From Podarcis muralis (taxonomy: Eukaryota), in NCBI RefSeq assembly GCF_964188315.1, contig NC_135667.1:12400001-12464000 (forward strand): 64,000 nucleotides of DNA. Direction: 5' to 3'. Position numbers and translations under genes: made by a program. How positions within the stretch are numbered: position 1 is the stretch's first letter; the number at the start of each line of letters is the position of its first letter. The notes under the pieces were generated by a model. The model ran no database searches. It was not told where the DNA came from and was given only the letters and a program-made list of their open reading frames with translations. Below, piece by piece: positions 22,025 to 34,077 of this stretch.

Positions 22025-22954
22025 TTATTCCAAGCCCCTTCTGCGCAGGACTTTTGCTGCTGCTGCGTGGATATCCTTGTTGCGCAGGGTGTAGATGATT
22101 GGGTTGAGAAGAGGGGTGACCACGATGTAAAAGACAGCGAGTTTCTTGTCGCTGTCGGGGTCTGTGACTGACGGGGGTTTCACGTACGCAGCAATGACCG
22201 TGCTGTAAAACAGGGTGACGACCGCCAGGTGGGACACACACGTGGAGAGGGCTTTGCGCAGTCCAGTGGTTGAGTGCATCTTCAGCACAGAGAACAAAAT
22301 GAGCCCGTAGGAAGCCAGAATGACAGCCAGAGAGGTCAGGATCACCACCGCAGACGTCCCAAAAACAATCATCTCTGTGGAATGGATGTCGGCGCATGCC
22401 AGCTTCATCACGATCGGCAGTTCACAGATGAAATGGTTGACGCGGTTGGGGCCGCAATATGGGAGACGGAGGGCACAGATGACGTTTGTTGTAGAGACAA
22501 TGATGCCACCAGCCCAGGAGGCTGAGGCCAGCTGCACCTGGCGCCACCTGCCCATGAGGATGGTATATAGCAGCGGGTGGGAGATAGCCAAGTAGCGGTC
22601 GTAAGCCATGACACCCAGGAGAATGCACTCGGTGCCGCCCATGCACGCAATTGCATGCATCTGGACCACACAGCGTGTGAAAGAGACGGTCCCATTCTGG
22701 CTCAGGAGGTTTGCCAGCATCGGGGGCAAAGTGCAGGTGATGTGGCAGATCTCCAGGCAGGAGAGGTTGGCTAGGAAGAAGTACATGGGCGTGTGGAGCC
22801 TCAAGTCGGTCCACACCAGCGAGATGATCACCAAGTTCCCCATAAGAGTGAGGGAGTAGATGATGAGGATGATCACAAAGAGCAGAATCTGCGTCTTTCG
22901 GTGGTTGGTGAGTCCAACCAAGACAATCTCAGTGATCGACGTGCTGTTTTCCAT
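22025..22954 (-). CDS. Olfactory receptor (class II), intact, 309 aa; paralog of 28410-29345
   Basis: MENSTS start; LHTPMYFFL, MAYDRYLAISHPL, KALSTCVSHL and PLLNPIIYTLRNKD motifs. Confidence 0.97.
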   Translation of the reverse strand: MENSTSITEIVLVGLTNHRKTQILLFVIILIIYSLTLMGNLVIISLVWTDLRLHTPMYFFLANLSCLEICHITCTLPPMLANLLSQNGTVSFTRCVVQMHAIACMGGTECILLGVMAYDRYLAISHPLLYTILMGRWRQVQLASASWAGGIIVSTTNVICALRLPYCGPNRVNHFICELPIVMKLACADIHSTEMIVFGTSAVVILTSLAVILASYGLILFSVLKMHSTTGLRKALSTCVSHLAVVTLFYSTVIAAYVKPPSVTDPDSDKKLAVFYIVVTPLLNPIIYTLRNKDIHAAAAKVLRRRGLE

Positions 22955-23101
22955 CCCCGCACTGGCCTCCTACTGGCAGGAAAATGACAACTCATTTTGG
23001 CAATTGAAAAGAAAAGAAAGAGAAAGCAGCAACAGTGAGAGACTGCAACATTCTTTGGGAACTGAGAGGAGTGAGATTGCTGGAGCATCAAGATTTATAT
23101 C

Positions 23102-23600
23102 CAGTGCTTTAAATTTTTTTTAAAATTAAAAGCTGCCAGTACTCACCATGAAAGAGGGACGCGGGTGGCACTGTGGTCTAAACCACTGAGCCTAGTGCTT
23201 GCCGATCAGAAAGTCGGCGGTTCAAATCCCCGTGACGGGGTGAGCTCCCGTTGCTCGGTCCCTGCTCCTGCCAACCTAGCAGTTCGAAAGCATGCCAAAG
23301 TGCAAGTAGATAAATGATGTGAAGGTAAACGGCGTTTCCATGCACTGCTCTGGTTTTGCCAGAAGTGGCTTAGTCATGCTGGCCAAAAAAACTGTCTGCT
23401 GACAAACATCGGCTCCCTCAGCCAGTAAAGCGAGATGAGCACCACAACCCCAGAGTTGTCCACAACTGGACTTAACAGTCAGGGGTCCCTTTACCTTTTT
23501 ACTCACTATGAAAATATCACAGTAAGTGCACTTTTAACATTTTGAGGGGAGGAAGGTGCCAGTACTGCGTACCCCATGTATACCCCCAGCAAAAACACTG
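23102..23600. mobile_element. hAT-like MITE, interrupted by a Sauria SINE; also present in copy B at ~29459-29587
   Basis: TIR cagtgcttt ... aaaacactg; 8-bp flanks tttatatc / tttatatt. Confidence 0.65.
23156..23500 (+). mobile_element. Sauria SINE
   Basis: gggacgcgggtggcactgtggtctaaaccactgagcc head and tttacc tail; TSD actcac(c/t)atgaaa; empty site in the paralog near 29488-29500. Confidence 0.9.
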
Positions 23601-23619
23601 TTTATATTATCTATATATC

Positions 23620-23797
23620 CAGTGCTTTGGTGGGGGGACACAGGGGTATGCATACCCCTAAACATTTTGTGAATCTTTGCACTTTTGTCCATTTACTGTA
23701 GGTATTTATTTTTCCCAATTTCAACTATAAACTGGTGATTTTCTTGAGTTAAAATGAGAGTACCCCTAAACATTATTTTTTTAAGAAAAAAGCACTG
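23620..23797. mobile_element. hAT-like MITE present only in copy A
   Basis: TIR cagtgcttt ... aaagcactg; flanks tatatatc / tatatata. Confidence 0.65.
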
Positions 23798-25567
23798 TAT
23801 ATATATCTCTATGTCTATCTCTATCTCTGTCTCTACAGCCCAACATATTTTGACCAGTTTTCCTTCCCAGGGACACTCTTGAACATCAAATTTCAATAAG
23901 CTAAAGATCAGTCTGGTAAATTCTACCAGTATTTCTATAGTAATGTTTAGTATTATTTTATATAAACTACTTAAGAATGTGTGTGTGATATACTTTAATT
24001 AAGTGACATTAAATAAAATTAATACTTGGTATCTGTATGTTACTGCAACTTTTTCCAGCATCTCCTCACCCCCTAGCAGTTAATCCCACCTAGCTCACAG
24101 GTTGCCTGTTGAACAGTTTTTACAACCTGCTAAGTCAAGAAGTTAAAGCTGCCCTGGATTGTACCATGCCAGATGGTTATGTGCAAGACAAATGATTTTC
24201 TCTTTTTAAAAAAGACATTTTTGCACATTATAAAATATTGCCAAGACTACTGGGAGGACCATGAGGATGGGTCCTGCAACCACAAAGATGGAGAAAGCTC
24301 CAGTGAACTCCTAGGCAGTTAGAGACTTCCCCCCCCCCCTTCCTTTCCATAGGATTGGTTCCTTTCCGCTTTTCTGCCCTCCGTTCTCTGGGATCGGGGC
24401 AACCCTAAACCCATACAAATTATAATCCCCAATCTATTGAATTGAAATGGGTGAGCTTTCCTTGAGCAAAAGGCCCACAGTATTAGCAACTTAAACAAGA
24501 GGCATAGTAATTAATTAATTTCTCCTAAAACAACGAGATGTGCTCTTCTATTCCTCTGGCATGTCTGGACCAAGACGTTTTGCTGCCTAAGGCAAATAAC
24601 ATGATGGTGTCTCTTTTCTGCCATGTACTGAAATCAATTAGACCAATGGTTGAATCTGATTTTGACATTAGTGATGGGACAGAAATGCAAGGGGGCACAA
24701 GACACACAGCTGTTCTCCAGCACCTCACAACTGTTGCTTGCTCCCCCACATCTGTGGCCCATTGTCACTCCGCCTAATGATAGGAATGGACCTCCCTCCC
24801 TCCCACCCACCCACCCATGCACACCAATCTCAATTCCAAATGGCTGAACAGGACTTTACCTTCATGCTTCTCTCTGATCTTCCTCCTCAAGAAAGTGGGT
24901 TCCACTTCACTTTCTAAGGCAGGATACTGAACAGTAAAGCTGATTGTCGAACTACCAGAAACTATGCAGGGAGACTTGTGCCATTTTTTTCCTGCCCAAA
25001 CATGCACCAATGATGGAGGTCAGTGATCTCTGTGCTGCTTCCAAAAGATGGCTTGTGGCAGGATCTTGGCAGCCTTGTGCCTAGTGGTTTCCTCCTTCAG
25101 CACAGAAGTGTGAAGTATCTGCAGCTGCCTACTGAAGACCCATTGGAATTAATTATGGAGATGGGCTGCAGGCTGTTTTTATTTTCTCTCTGACCTTCTT
25201 ATTGTATGAAGGTTTAGGATCCAGTAAGATAATGAACCTATGCCATGGGGACTGTTCCAACCCCCCTTTGGTGCTTTCCTTTGCATCATTATCAACCTGC
25301 TATTGTTGTTGCCTCTTGTCTCAGGGGGGTCAATGAACACAAAAGCAGGGGGAGAGCGAGAGCAAGCAGGGGTTGCCAGAGCTCTCTTCATCCTGAGCTG
25401 CCCAGAGGCAAGGTGCACCCCAGGTTGCTGTACTGGAGGGAAATATATGGGGATACACCTTTGGGGCTTTCTTTTTCCAGAGCAGGAATGATGATGCATT
25501 TAGAGTATATCAGACTTTACCTCATATCAAGAACCACATTTTTCACTGAATTCTCAATTATTATCTC

Positions 25568-26730
25568 TTTTTTAAAAAATATTTTTTATTAATTTTCCGT
25601 TTAACAGCCCAGTCATATCACATTAATTACTCCGAATTATATCAATACATATCATAAAAATCCAAATATTTTGCTGAATTTTAAATTTTTGTTGGGGGTA
25701 CCCATGGTTCGAGTTCAGAAAGGGTCCAATCATCTCATATTTCTGCTGCTTTGATATTTCACAAGTCCTATCTTCCACTCTTCTTGCTGTTATAATTTTT
25801 CTTCTTAATAACCTTCGAGTTGTTTCCACAAACGAGATGAAGCAAGCAATATTATGTTTCTGTGTGGGCTTACACATTGATCCAAAAGTCTTGTTCACGC
25901 GGCAGGCGCCATTTCGACAGTTCCGATGAAATACAGTCTAAGTGTCTGCTCATTAATTTTCCCAGACCAGTTGTTCCATAAATCAGTCTTTCCAGGGGGG
26001 ATATTGCCGAATAGACATAATCCAAATAAAATAGCAGAACAGTGGCTCACCTCCCCCTTTGACTGTAAATCTCGCAACAAAGTCTGTCTCTTAATGGCGG
26101 ATCCCGATTTATGACTGCGTCACCAAGAAAGCCTTTCGTTTCCTTTCCAAATCTTCAACAAAGCAAAGCCTTTAATTAATATTTGTTTCCACACAGTTTA
26201 TTTTCCAGTCTCACTTGCTATAAATCATTGTGACGGTTCTTCTAGGGGAGGGGTTGTTAGGTAAAACATTGAAAAAGAAAGAAGTCCCCCCCTCTTCCGT
26301 TCCGTTTCAACATACCGACATAGCTGTGATTCTTTGCTGTAGTCTTCTGTTCAATCCATCCCATCACTCTTAACTTCTCAGCGGTAGATTTGATTAGCAG
26401 ATAAAACACCCTCTCCTTCGCTCGAAACATGTGCATTTACTTTTTACATCAAATTATTTTATCTTAAGCAATGCAACTAGGTCGCTCTCAGAAGCAGCGT
26501 CAGGGAGATCCAAAGCTCACTCAAGGGCTTTCCGTCCAGTGCCCCCACCCCCTCCTTCTTTCAAACTCGGGGGTGATTTATTGGCAACCATGGATGAGGC
26601 TGTGTCTCCCCATCCCCTGGGGAGACCCCGGGAGGCAAATTTACTCCCATCATCAGCCCCTTAATTACCTCGTGTGAGCCGGAGAGATGGTATTGTCGGC
26701 CATCTTCCAAGGCACCCCTAGTGACCCCCC
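25568..26730 (-). mobile_element. 5'-truncated L1-clade LINE
   Basis: T-rich tail at left; degenerate ORF2 C-terminus on the minus strand; 14-bp TSD tcaa(t/c)tattatctc (25554-25567, 26731-26744); absent from the homologous intron near 36600. Confidence 0.8.
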
Positions 26731-26818
26731 TCAACTATTATCTCAAGATAATGGAAATGAATGTCTTAATACCTGAGTGAAAGTACATTTGATAGGCTCT
26801 AGGCATGATATGTGTTAC

Positions 26819-26908
26819 CTATTTGGTTGGAAAGCCACTCTTGTGGATACAGAATGCAATCATAGCAGCAAAATGGTTCCCCTTCCTTCTTTGCTTTATA
26901 GTAACCCA
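26819..26908 (-). pseudogene. Truncated relic of V2R exon 5 (cysteine-rich domain)
   Basis: Minus-strand translation [29 protein letters not shown] followed by a GT donor; 5' part cut at the duplication junction. Confidence 0.85.
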
Positions 26909-28005
26909 GGCTTTCATACAGTGAAGAGGTCATTATTCCTACAACAATACACATGGCTAAAATCCATGCTGAATATCAAACTGCCGCTGTCCACTAATAA
27001 CTTGTTCTAGGGAACTGTGTTCTAGAAGTTACCCTTTTGCATGAAAGCAAGCAACAAGGTATAATCTTATGCAAAAATGTTTTTCAAGTTGTTTTTAACT
27101 GAACTGAAAACTATAGGTATGTCATCATTATGAAAAAAAGTCTAAATATATCAGAAGCTCTCAACATTTTCAGCTACACCGATTTCTGTAATCTTTTACA
27201 GAAGAAACAAAAGGACAAAGTAAAATGGTCAGTTAGCTAAGCTAATGCACCAAGCTGTCTTGTAACTTTTGAATAAATGTTATTTAATTTTTGTTTTGCT
27301 TTTTAAGTCCCAAGAGAAGCCGCACCAGATAAGCATGAATTACAGAGACTTTGGCTTCTCAAATAGCAGCATCCTGAAGACTGAAAGAGCCAGTGAGGAA
27401 TGTTTGTGTGTGCTTTTAAAAACTGACCAGCTTTAAGAGTGCTTACTGTATTTGCCTATACACCTCTTTCCAGCATACTCAACCTATAGCACTTCCCTTC
27501 TGATGGATTAAACACACCCAGCACTGTTGGGGATATTGGAGGATGGTGTACAAACTCCAGATTCCTCTTTGTCAGTCTTTCCGAACCTGACTCCCCTCCC
27601 CCCCCCCAGACAATTTGGACCATAACTGACATCAGTCTCTGCCAGCATGGCCAACGGTCAGGATTGATTTAGTTGTGGGAATCTGCTGTATACTGAGTTG
27701 GCAGAGTTGTGCCATTTGTTGGCACATGTGTGCCAGGTGGGGCACAGCACGAAGGATGAACAGAACCCATTATGCCAGCCTAGACCTTGCACTGAGTGGG
27801 GGAATGGCATGAAGCGAGGAGGCCAGGGATGCGGTGGCAAGGCAAAGCTGGGTTCTGGGGCCCAGAGACACCCAGTGGTAGGCAGGGCAGGATGGCAGGA
27901 TGGGGATTCTTGCGTTGGGGTGCCTGGTTCACTCCCCCTCAAAATCATGCACCTGGGGCTATGGCCCCCATGCTCCCCCCCTCCACTATTTGTCTGTATT
28001 GAGTC

Positions 28006-28166
28006 AAGCCATTAGTCCACTAAGATCAGTATTGCTGATGATGTATTGCCATTGGCGCTTTAGGGATTCGGGCAGGAGTCCTTCCTAATGCAACCTGGAG
28101 ATGCCAGGGATTGAACCTGGGGCTTTTGGAATGAATAGCACATGCTCTGCCACTGAGCTATGACCC
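28006..28166 (-). mobile_element. tRNA-headed SINE (same family as 1062-1560)
   Basis: Reverse complement ggtcatagctcagtggcagagcatgtgct...ccaggttcaatccctggcatctccagg. Confidence 0.75.
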
Positions 28167-28409
28167 TGATACCCTGTGTGCCCCCACACGACCTTTTGAA
28201 GATACAAATAAGGCTTGTGATTTGCTTCTGTGGGAACAAAAGAGTAAGGGAGACTGCTCAAAACCTAAGCCTTCTGACTAGGCTTCAGGGCTGAGCAGAG
28301 ACCTGATACGCAAATACAAAGCACATTAGGCCTTCTGGCACAGCATTCATTAAGGGGAACTGGCAGAAACTGGACAAAACCCAGACTAACAAGAGAAGAC
28401 ATCAGCATC

Positions 28410-29345
28410 TTATTCCAAGCCCCTTCTGCGCAGGACTTTCACTGCTGCTGCGTGGATATCCTTGTTGCGCAGGGTGTAGATGATTGGGTTGAGAAGAGGG
28501 GTGACCACGATGTAAAAGACAGCGAGTTTCTTGTCGCTGTCGGGGTCTGTCACTGACGGGGGTTTCACGTATGCGGCAATTATCGTGCTGTAAAACAGGG
28601 TGACGACCGCCAGGTGGGACACACACGTGGAGAGGGCCTTGCGCAGTCCAGTGGTTGAGTGCATCTTCAGCACAGAGAACAAAATGAGCCCGTAGGAAGC
28701 CAGAATGACAGCCAGAGAGGTCAGGATCACCACCGCAGATGTCCCAAAAACAATCATCTCTGTGGAATGGATGTCGGCGCATGCCAGCTTCAACACAATC
28801 GGCAGTTCACAGATGAAATGGTTGACGTGGTTGGGGCCACAGAATGGGAGGCGGAGGCCGCAGATTATGTTTGTTGTAGAGACAATGATGCCACCAGCCC
28901 AGGAGGCTGAGGCCAGCTGCACCTGGCGCCACCTGCCCATGAGGAGGGTATATAGCAGCGGGTGGGAGATAGCCAAGTAGCGGTCGTAAGCCATGACACC
29001 CAGGAGAATGCACTCGGTGCCGCCCAGGCACCCAATGGCATGCATCTGGACCACACAGCAAGTGAAAGAGATGGTCCCATTCTGGCTCATGAGATTTGCC
29101 AGCATCGGGGGCAAAGTGCAGGTGATGTGGCAGATCTCCAGGCAGGAGAGGTTGGCTAGGAAGAAGTACATGGGCGTGTGGAGCCTCAAGTCGATCCACA
29201 CCAGCGAGATGATCACCAAGTTCCCCATAAGAGTGAGGGAGTAGATGATGAGGATGATCACAAAGAGCAGAATCTGCGTCTTTCGGTGGTTGGTGAGTCC
29301 AATCAAGACGATCTCAGTGATCGAGGTGATGTTTTCCTTCCCCAT
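28410..29345 (-). CDS. Olfactory receptor (class II), intact, 311 aa
   Basis: MGKENITS start; same OR motifs; near-identical to 22025-22954. Confidence 0.97.
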   Translation of the reverse strand: MGKENITSITEIVLIGLTNHRKTQILLFVIILIIYSLTLMGNLVIISLVWIDLRLHTPMYFFLANLSCLEICHITCTLPPMLANLMSQNGTISFTCCVVQMHAIGCLGGTECILLGVMAYDRYLAISHPLLYTLLMGRWRQVQLASASWAGGIIVSTTNIICGLRLPFCGPNHVNHFICELPIVLKLACADIHSTEMIVFGTSAVVILTSLAVILASYGLILFSVLKMHSTTGLRKALSTCVSHLAVVTLFYSTIIAAYVKPPSVTDPDSDKKLAVFYIVVTPLLNPIIYTLRNKDIHAAAVKVLRRRGLE

Positions 29346-29602
29346 GTTGGTCTCCTACTGGCGGGAAAAAATGGCAGGGAAAGCAGTGACAATGAGAGAC
29401 TGTAGCATTCTTTGGGAACTGAGGGGTGAGATTGCTAGAACACCGGGATTTATATCCAACGCTTAAAATAATTAAAAAGGTGCCGGTACTCACCATGAAG
29501 ATATTACAGTAAGTACACTTTTAATATTGGGGGGGGGGAAGGTACCATTAATGTGTACCCCATGTGTACCCCCAGAAAAAGCACTGTTTATATCTATCTA
29601 TA

Positions 29603-29811
29603 TAGTGGTACCTTGGGTTAAGTACTTAATTTGTTCCGGAGGTCCGTTTTTAACCTGAAGCACCGCTTTAGCTAATGGGGCCTCCCGCTGCCGCCACGCC
29701 GCCGGAGCATGATTTCTGTTCTCATCCTGAAGTAAAGTTCTTAACCCAAGGTACTATTTCTGGGTTAGCGGAGTCTGTAACCTGAAGCATATGTAACCCA
29801 AGGTACCACTG
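29603..29811. mobile_element. Tc1/mariner MITE present only in copy B
   Basis: (t)agtggtacctt ... aaggtaccactg-ta; reverse orientation of 7961-8181. Confidence 0.85.
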
Positions 29812-32153
29812 TATGTCTATATGTCACTAAAGCCCAACACATAACTGGTGTGGAAATTTTTTTGTCACCCCCCCCCCCCCGAAATTGAAATCTGTCAAAG
29901 ATAGCCAACCCCCCCCCCCCCAATGAAAGCCGTGCAGGCAATGCTGTGGGGTCCTGATCCCACTTTGCTCCTTCTCGCCTCCCTCCTCTCCCGCCAACCA
30001 TCTCTCTCTCCCCCCTTAAACCAGTTGGGCTGCAGAGATCACCTAGGCACCCCATCTTCTCTCCCCACAACCCTCAAACCAGTGTGCCTTGGTCCTTAAA
30101 TGAAAGGCGGCATCTGGCTGTCCACTGAAGGAGAGAACTTGTTCAGAGAACACCGCCCTGTGACTCCAGTCTCAGTCTCCCACTCAGACACAGGAAGCGA
30201 AGGCTGTACACATCGTGGGTGTGCCCACTGACTTGAGAGAATGTTTTTTCTCCTTTAACTGGCAAGATTCTCTCTTACGAAGATGAAACCAAAAGGAGAA
30301 GACTGATCTTTCCCTCACTCTCCGTAGATCAAAAAAAAGGTTCCTGCTCTTGCATATATGAAAATTTTCAAAGTATGGATGCTAATGCAACAACCTGGTT
30401 TTTAAAAGTCGTATTTGCAAGAAGATATGTTCCATTGGGATCAGCAGCAGTCTGAGCATGTAAGAACTCGGGCATCTGCATGATTTTTTTCCCAGGACAG
30501 ATGCAGCAAAGTACAAAATGTGGTGGCGAGGCCTGGCACCATGTCTGTTAAGCTGAGTATTGACTGCCTTTGAAAAACTAATGGATCATATTTCTCCCAC
30601 TCTGTTATTTCTCGATGGGCAGACCTACTGATCAGGGAAATGCAGACTTGCTGTTTGACAATATTTTTCCACCACAGCTGAAACCTTCAGTTCTTTCCCT
30701 GGCTCCCCTTCCACTGCCCACCCTGAATTCATTGCACTGCTGCTCCAAGCAACCTCACAGTCCCCTCGCATTTCCCCTTTTAAAAACAGAAGAAAACGTG
30801 GAGGACACTGCCCCCCCTTCCTCCACTACTGTTCAGGACTCTTGAACATCAAATTTCAATCAGCTAAAGATCAGTCTGGTAAATTGTATAAGTATTTCTA
30901 TGTGAATGCTTAGTATTATTTTATATAAACTATTTAAGAACTTTTATATATTAAAAAGTGACAAATTCTTTAATTAAGTGTACTGCCATGTACTGAAATC
31001 AACTAGACCAGTGGTTGAATCTGATTTTGACATTAGTGATGGGACAGAAATGCAAGGGGGCACAAGACACACAGTTGTTCTCCAGCACCTCACCACTGTT
31101 GCTTGCTCCCCAGCATGTGTGGCCCATTGTCACTCCGCCTAATGATAGGGATGGACCTCCCTCCCTCCCTCCCATGCACACCAATCTCAATTCCAAATGG
31201 CTGAACAGGACTTTACCTTCATGCTTCGCTTCACTTTCCAAGGCAGGGTACTGAACAGTAAAGCTGATTGTCAAACTACCAGTAACTATGCAGTGAGACC
31301 TGTGCCATTTTTTTCCAAACGGGCACCAATGATGGAGGTCAGTGATCTCTGTGCTGCTTCCAAAAGATGGCTTGTGGCAGGATCTTGGCAGCCTTGTGCC
31401 TAGTGGTTTCTTCCTTCAGCACAGAAGTGTGAAGTATCTGCAGCTGCCTACTGAAGACCCATTGGAATTAATTATGGAGATGGGCTGCAGGCTGTTTTTA
31501 TTTTCTCTCTGACCTTCTTATTGTATGAAGGTTTAGGATCCAGTAAGATAATGAAAGGCAGGGGACCTATGCCATGGGGACTGTTCCAACCCCCTTTGGT
31601 GCTTTCCTTTGCATCATTATCAACCAGTTGTTGTTTTGCCAATTGTCTCGGGGGGGGGGGGGGGGAGGTCAATGATCACAAAAGCAGGGGGAGAGCCAGA
31701 GCGAGAGCAAGCAGGGGTTGCCAGAGCTCTCTTCATCCTGAGCTGCCCAGAGGCAAGGTGCACCCCAGGGTGCTGTACTGGAGGGGAAATATATGGGAAT
31801 ACACCTTTGGGGCTTTCTTTTTCCAGAGCAGGAAGGATGATGCATTCAGAGGCATACTGAATCTGATAACTTCCACCAACTCTAAGCAGCATGGTCATTA
31901 AGTCAGGGGTCATGGAAGTTGTAGTCATATAGAGGGAATAAAATTGGTTACCTTATGAAATAGGAATTTCAATCAACTTCCATATGTTGATCAAAGGAAT
32001 TTCCCCCAAAACCATAACACAAACTGACCTAACACAAAAAACCTAGTTTTATTATTAACAAACATATAAAACCAGAAGCTCTGAGGTCATTAACACAATT
32101 TAAAAAATTCTTAAACCAAAGGGGTAGAGAGAGAACATGGTTAATTTCTAAAG

Positions 32154-32450
32154 CAGGGGTCAGCAAACTTTTTCAGTAGAGGGCCGGTCCACTGTCCCTC
32201 AGACCTTGTGAGGAGCTGGACTATAATTTTTTTGGCGGGTGGGGGAATGAACAAATTCCTATGCCCCACAATGAAAGCACATATACTACTCATGTAAAAA
32301 CATCAGGCAGGCCCCACAAGAGATGCATTTTAAATAAAAGGACACATTCTACTCATGTAAAAACACGCTGATTCCCGAACCGCCCATGGGCTGGATTTAG
32401 AAGGCGATTGCGCCGCATCTGGCCCCCGGGCCTTAGTTTGCCTACCCATG
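32154..32450. mobile_element. hAT MITE
   Basis: Perfect 8-bp TSD ttctaaag (32146-32153, 32451-32458); ends caggggtcagcaaact ... agtttgcctacccatg. Confidence 0.85.
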
Positions 32451-32519
32451 TTCTAAAGTGTACACTATATTGCTGAGTGGCAATTTAGAGATTTATGGAA
32501 CCTCTTTAAAAGATATAAA

Positions 32520-32873
32520 AAGGTAAAGGTACCCCTGCCCGTACGGGCCAGTCTTGCCAGACTCTAGGGGTGTGCGCTCATCTCACTCTATAGGCCAGGG
32601 GCCAGCGCTGTCCGCAGACACTTCCGGGTCACGTGGCCAGCGTGACAAGCTGCATCTGGCGAGCCAGCGCAGCACACGGGACGCCGTTTACCTTCCCGCT
32701 GGTAAGCGGTCCCTATTTATCTACTTGCACCCAGGGGTGCTTTCGAACTGCTAGGTTGGCAGGCGCTGGGACCGAACGACGGGAGCGCACCCCGCCGCGG
32801 GGATTCGAACCGCTGACCATGCGATCAGCAAGTCCTAGCCGCTGAGGTTTTACCCACAGCGCCACCCACATCC
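32520..32873 (-). mobile_element. Sauria SINE
   Basis: aggtaaaggta tail at left; reverse-complement head gggatgtgggtggcgctgtgggtaaaacctcagcgg at right. Confidence 0.9.
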
Positions 32874-34077
32874 CATTTAAAAAGATATAGGAACGAGATA
32901 TTGGCACACAGATTTTTGCCAAGGATTGGAATAAAATCTTGGAAACTTGACCCTTAAAATCTGCTTCCAGTTTTCTTAGGGGAAACACTCATAAATGATA
33001 GAAATGGGATTTTAAAAGAGAAACATATAGTAAACAGCAACTTAATTCATAAAATGCAAGAGGTTGAAACTCAGCATGAGCACACTCAAATGGGGCTCTG
33101 CAAATTAACTGATTTTTTAAAGAAAATAATCACAATCCTCTTACTATTTCAGAAATTAACTTTATATTGAGTGACATAGCCTGTAGCTGGCTATAGATAT
33201 ACCAGGTCATGCATGTTCTAAACCAAACAAGTATATGAGCTCAGGCACTATGTAATCTAAATAGTTTTGAACAACTTCTTGAAAGGTCCAAGCCTCTAGG
33301 TAAGGACATTATTTCTCAAATATACAAAATTCTCACACAATGGGCTCCTCCTCTCCTTGTCACAACACTATTAAAGTGGAGGAATATTTTGGAGAGGAAA
33401 TAGTTGAACAACTTTGGGATCAAAATTGAAATAGTTTGCTGTTTGGTTCAGCTTCAGTGAAGACTTGAGAAAGTGTTTTAAAAGTAGGACGGCTTCAATT
33501 GTCTGCCTACTTTGAAACATTACTATAAGCACCAGCTGATATTTACCTTAACCATTTCTGAAGCTCTGTATTCCCTTTCGGTGAAATAATGACATCATTT
33601 TTCATGTTCACATTGTTAACTGAGATTAAAAGCAATTAAAATAAACTTCTAAAGAGCATGTAATGTGGCTATGATCCCAATTTGCAGGAGAAGACTGAAG
33701 GAAGGTGTTAGTTTTGTTCCAAAAATTAATTATGCAAATTATGCAAGCATTCTGTCTTAAGAAAATAAATTGCATTCAAAAATTATCTAAAGGGAGGGGG
33801 ACGTTCTGCAGTAATCCTCAGCTGCTGTGTGAGTGTTTTTTAAATGCTTATTTTTGAGGTGGCCAAGGAGCATTGAATGTAACTTTTCTTCCATTTGCAC
33901 TATATTTACATTTTATTGAGGGAAGAAAAATGCAAAAGTTACATAGTTCCCATTTCTGATTAAACTATGACATGATGGCTATCAATTGAATGGGATAATA
34001 CCAAAATGGTTGGAAATACCACGTTCCTTTATCACAACTAACTTAAGATGGATATGGGCTACAGAATGTTAGATTTG

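Noticed and set aside
28006-28166. tRNA gene (also 1062-1130)
   Set aside because: A/B boxes continue into SINE body sequence and no full cloverleaf is evident
22017-29496. Numerous alternative-frame and antisense ORFs overlapping the twin ORs, conserved between copies
   Set aside because: Shadow ORFs from GC-rich OR codons; conservation is explained by the recent duplication
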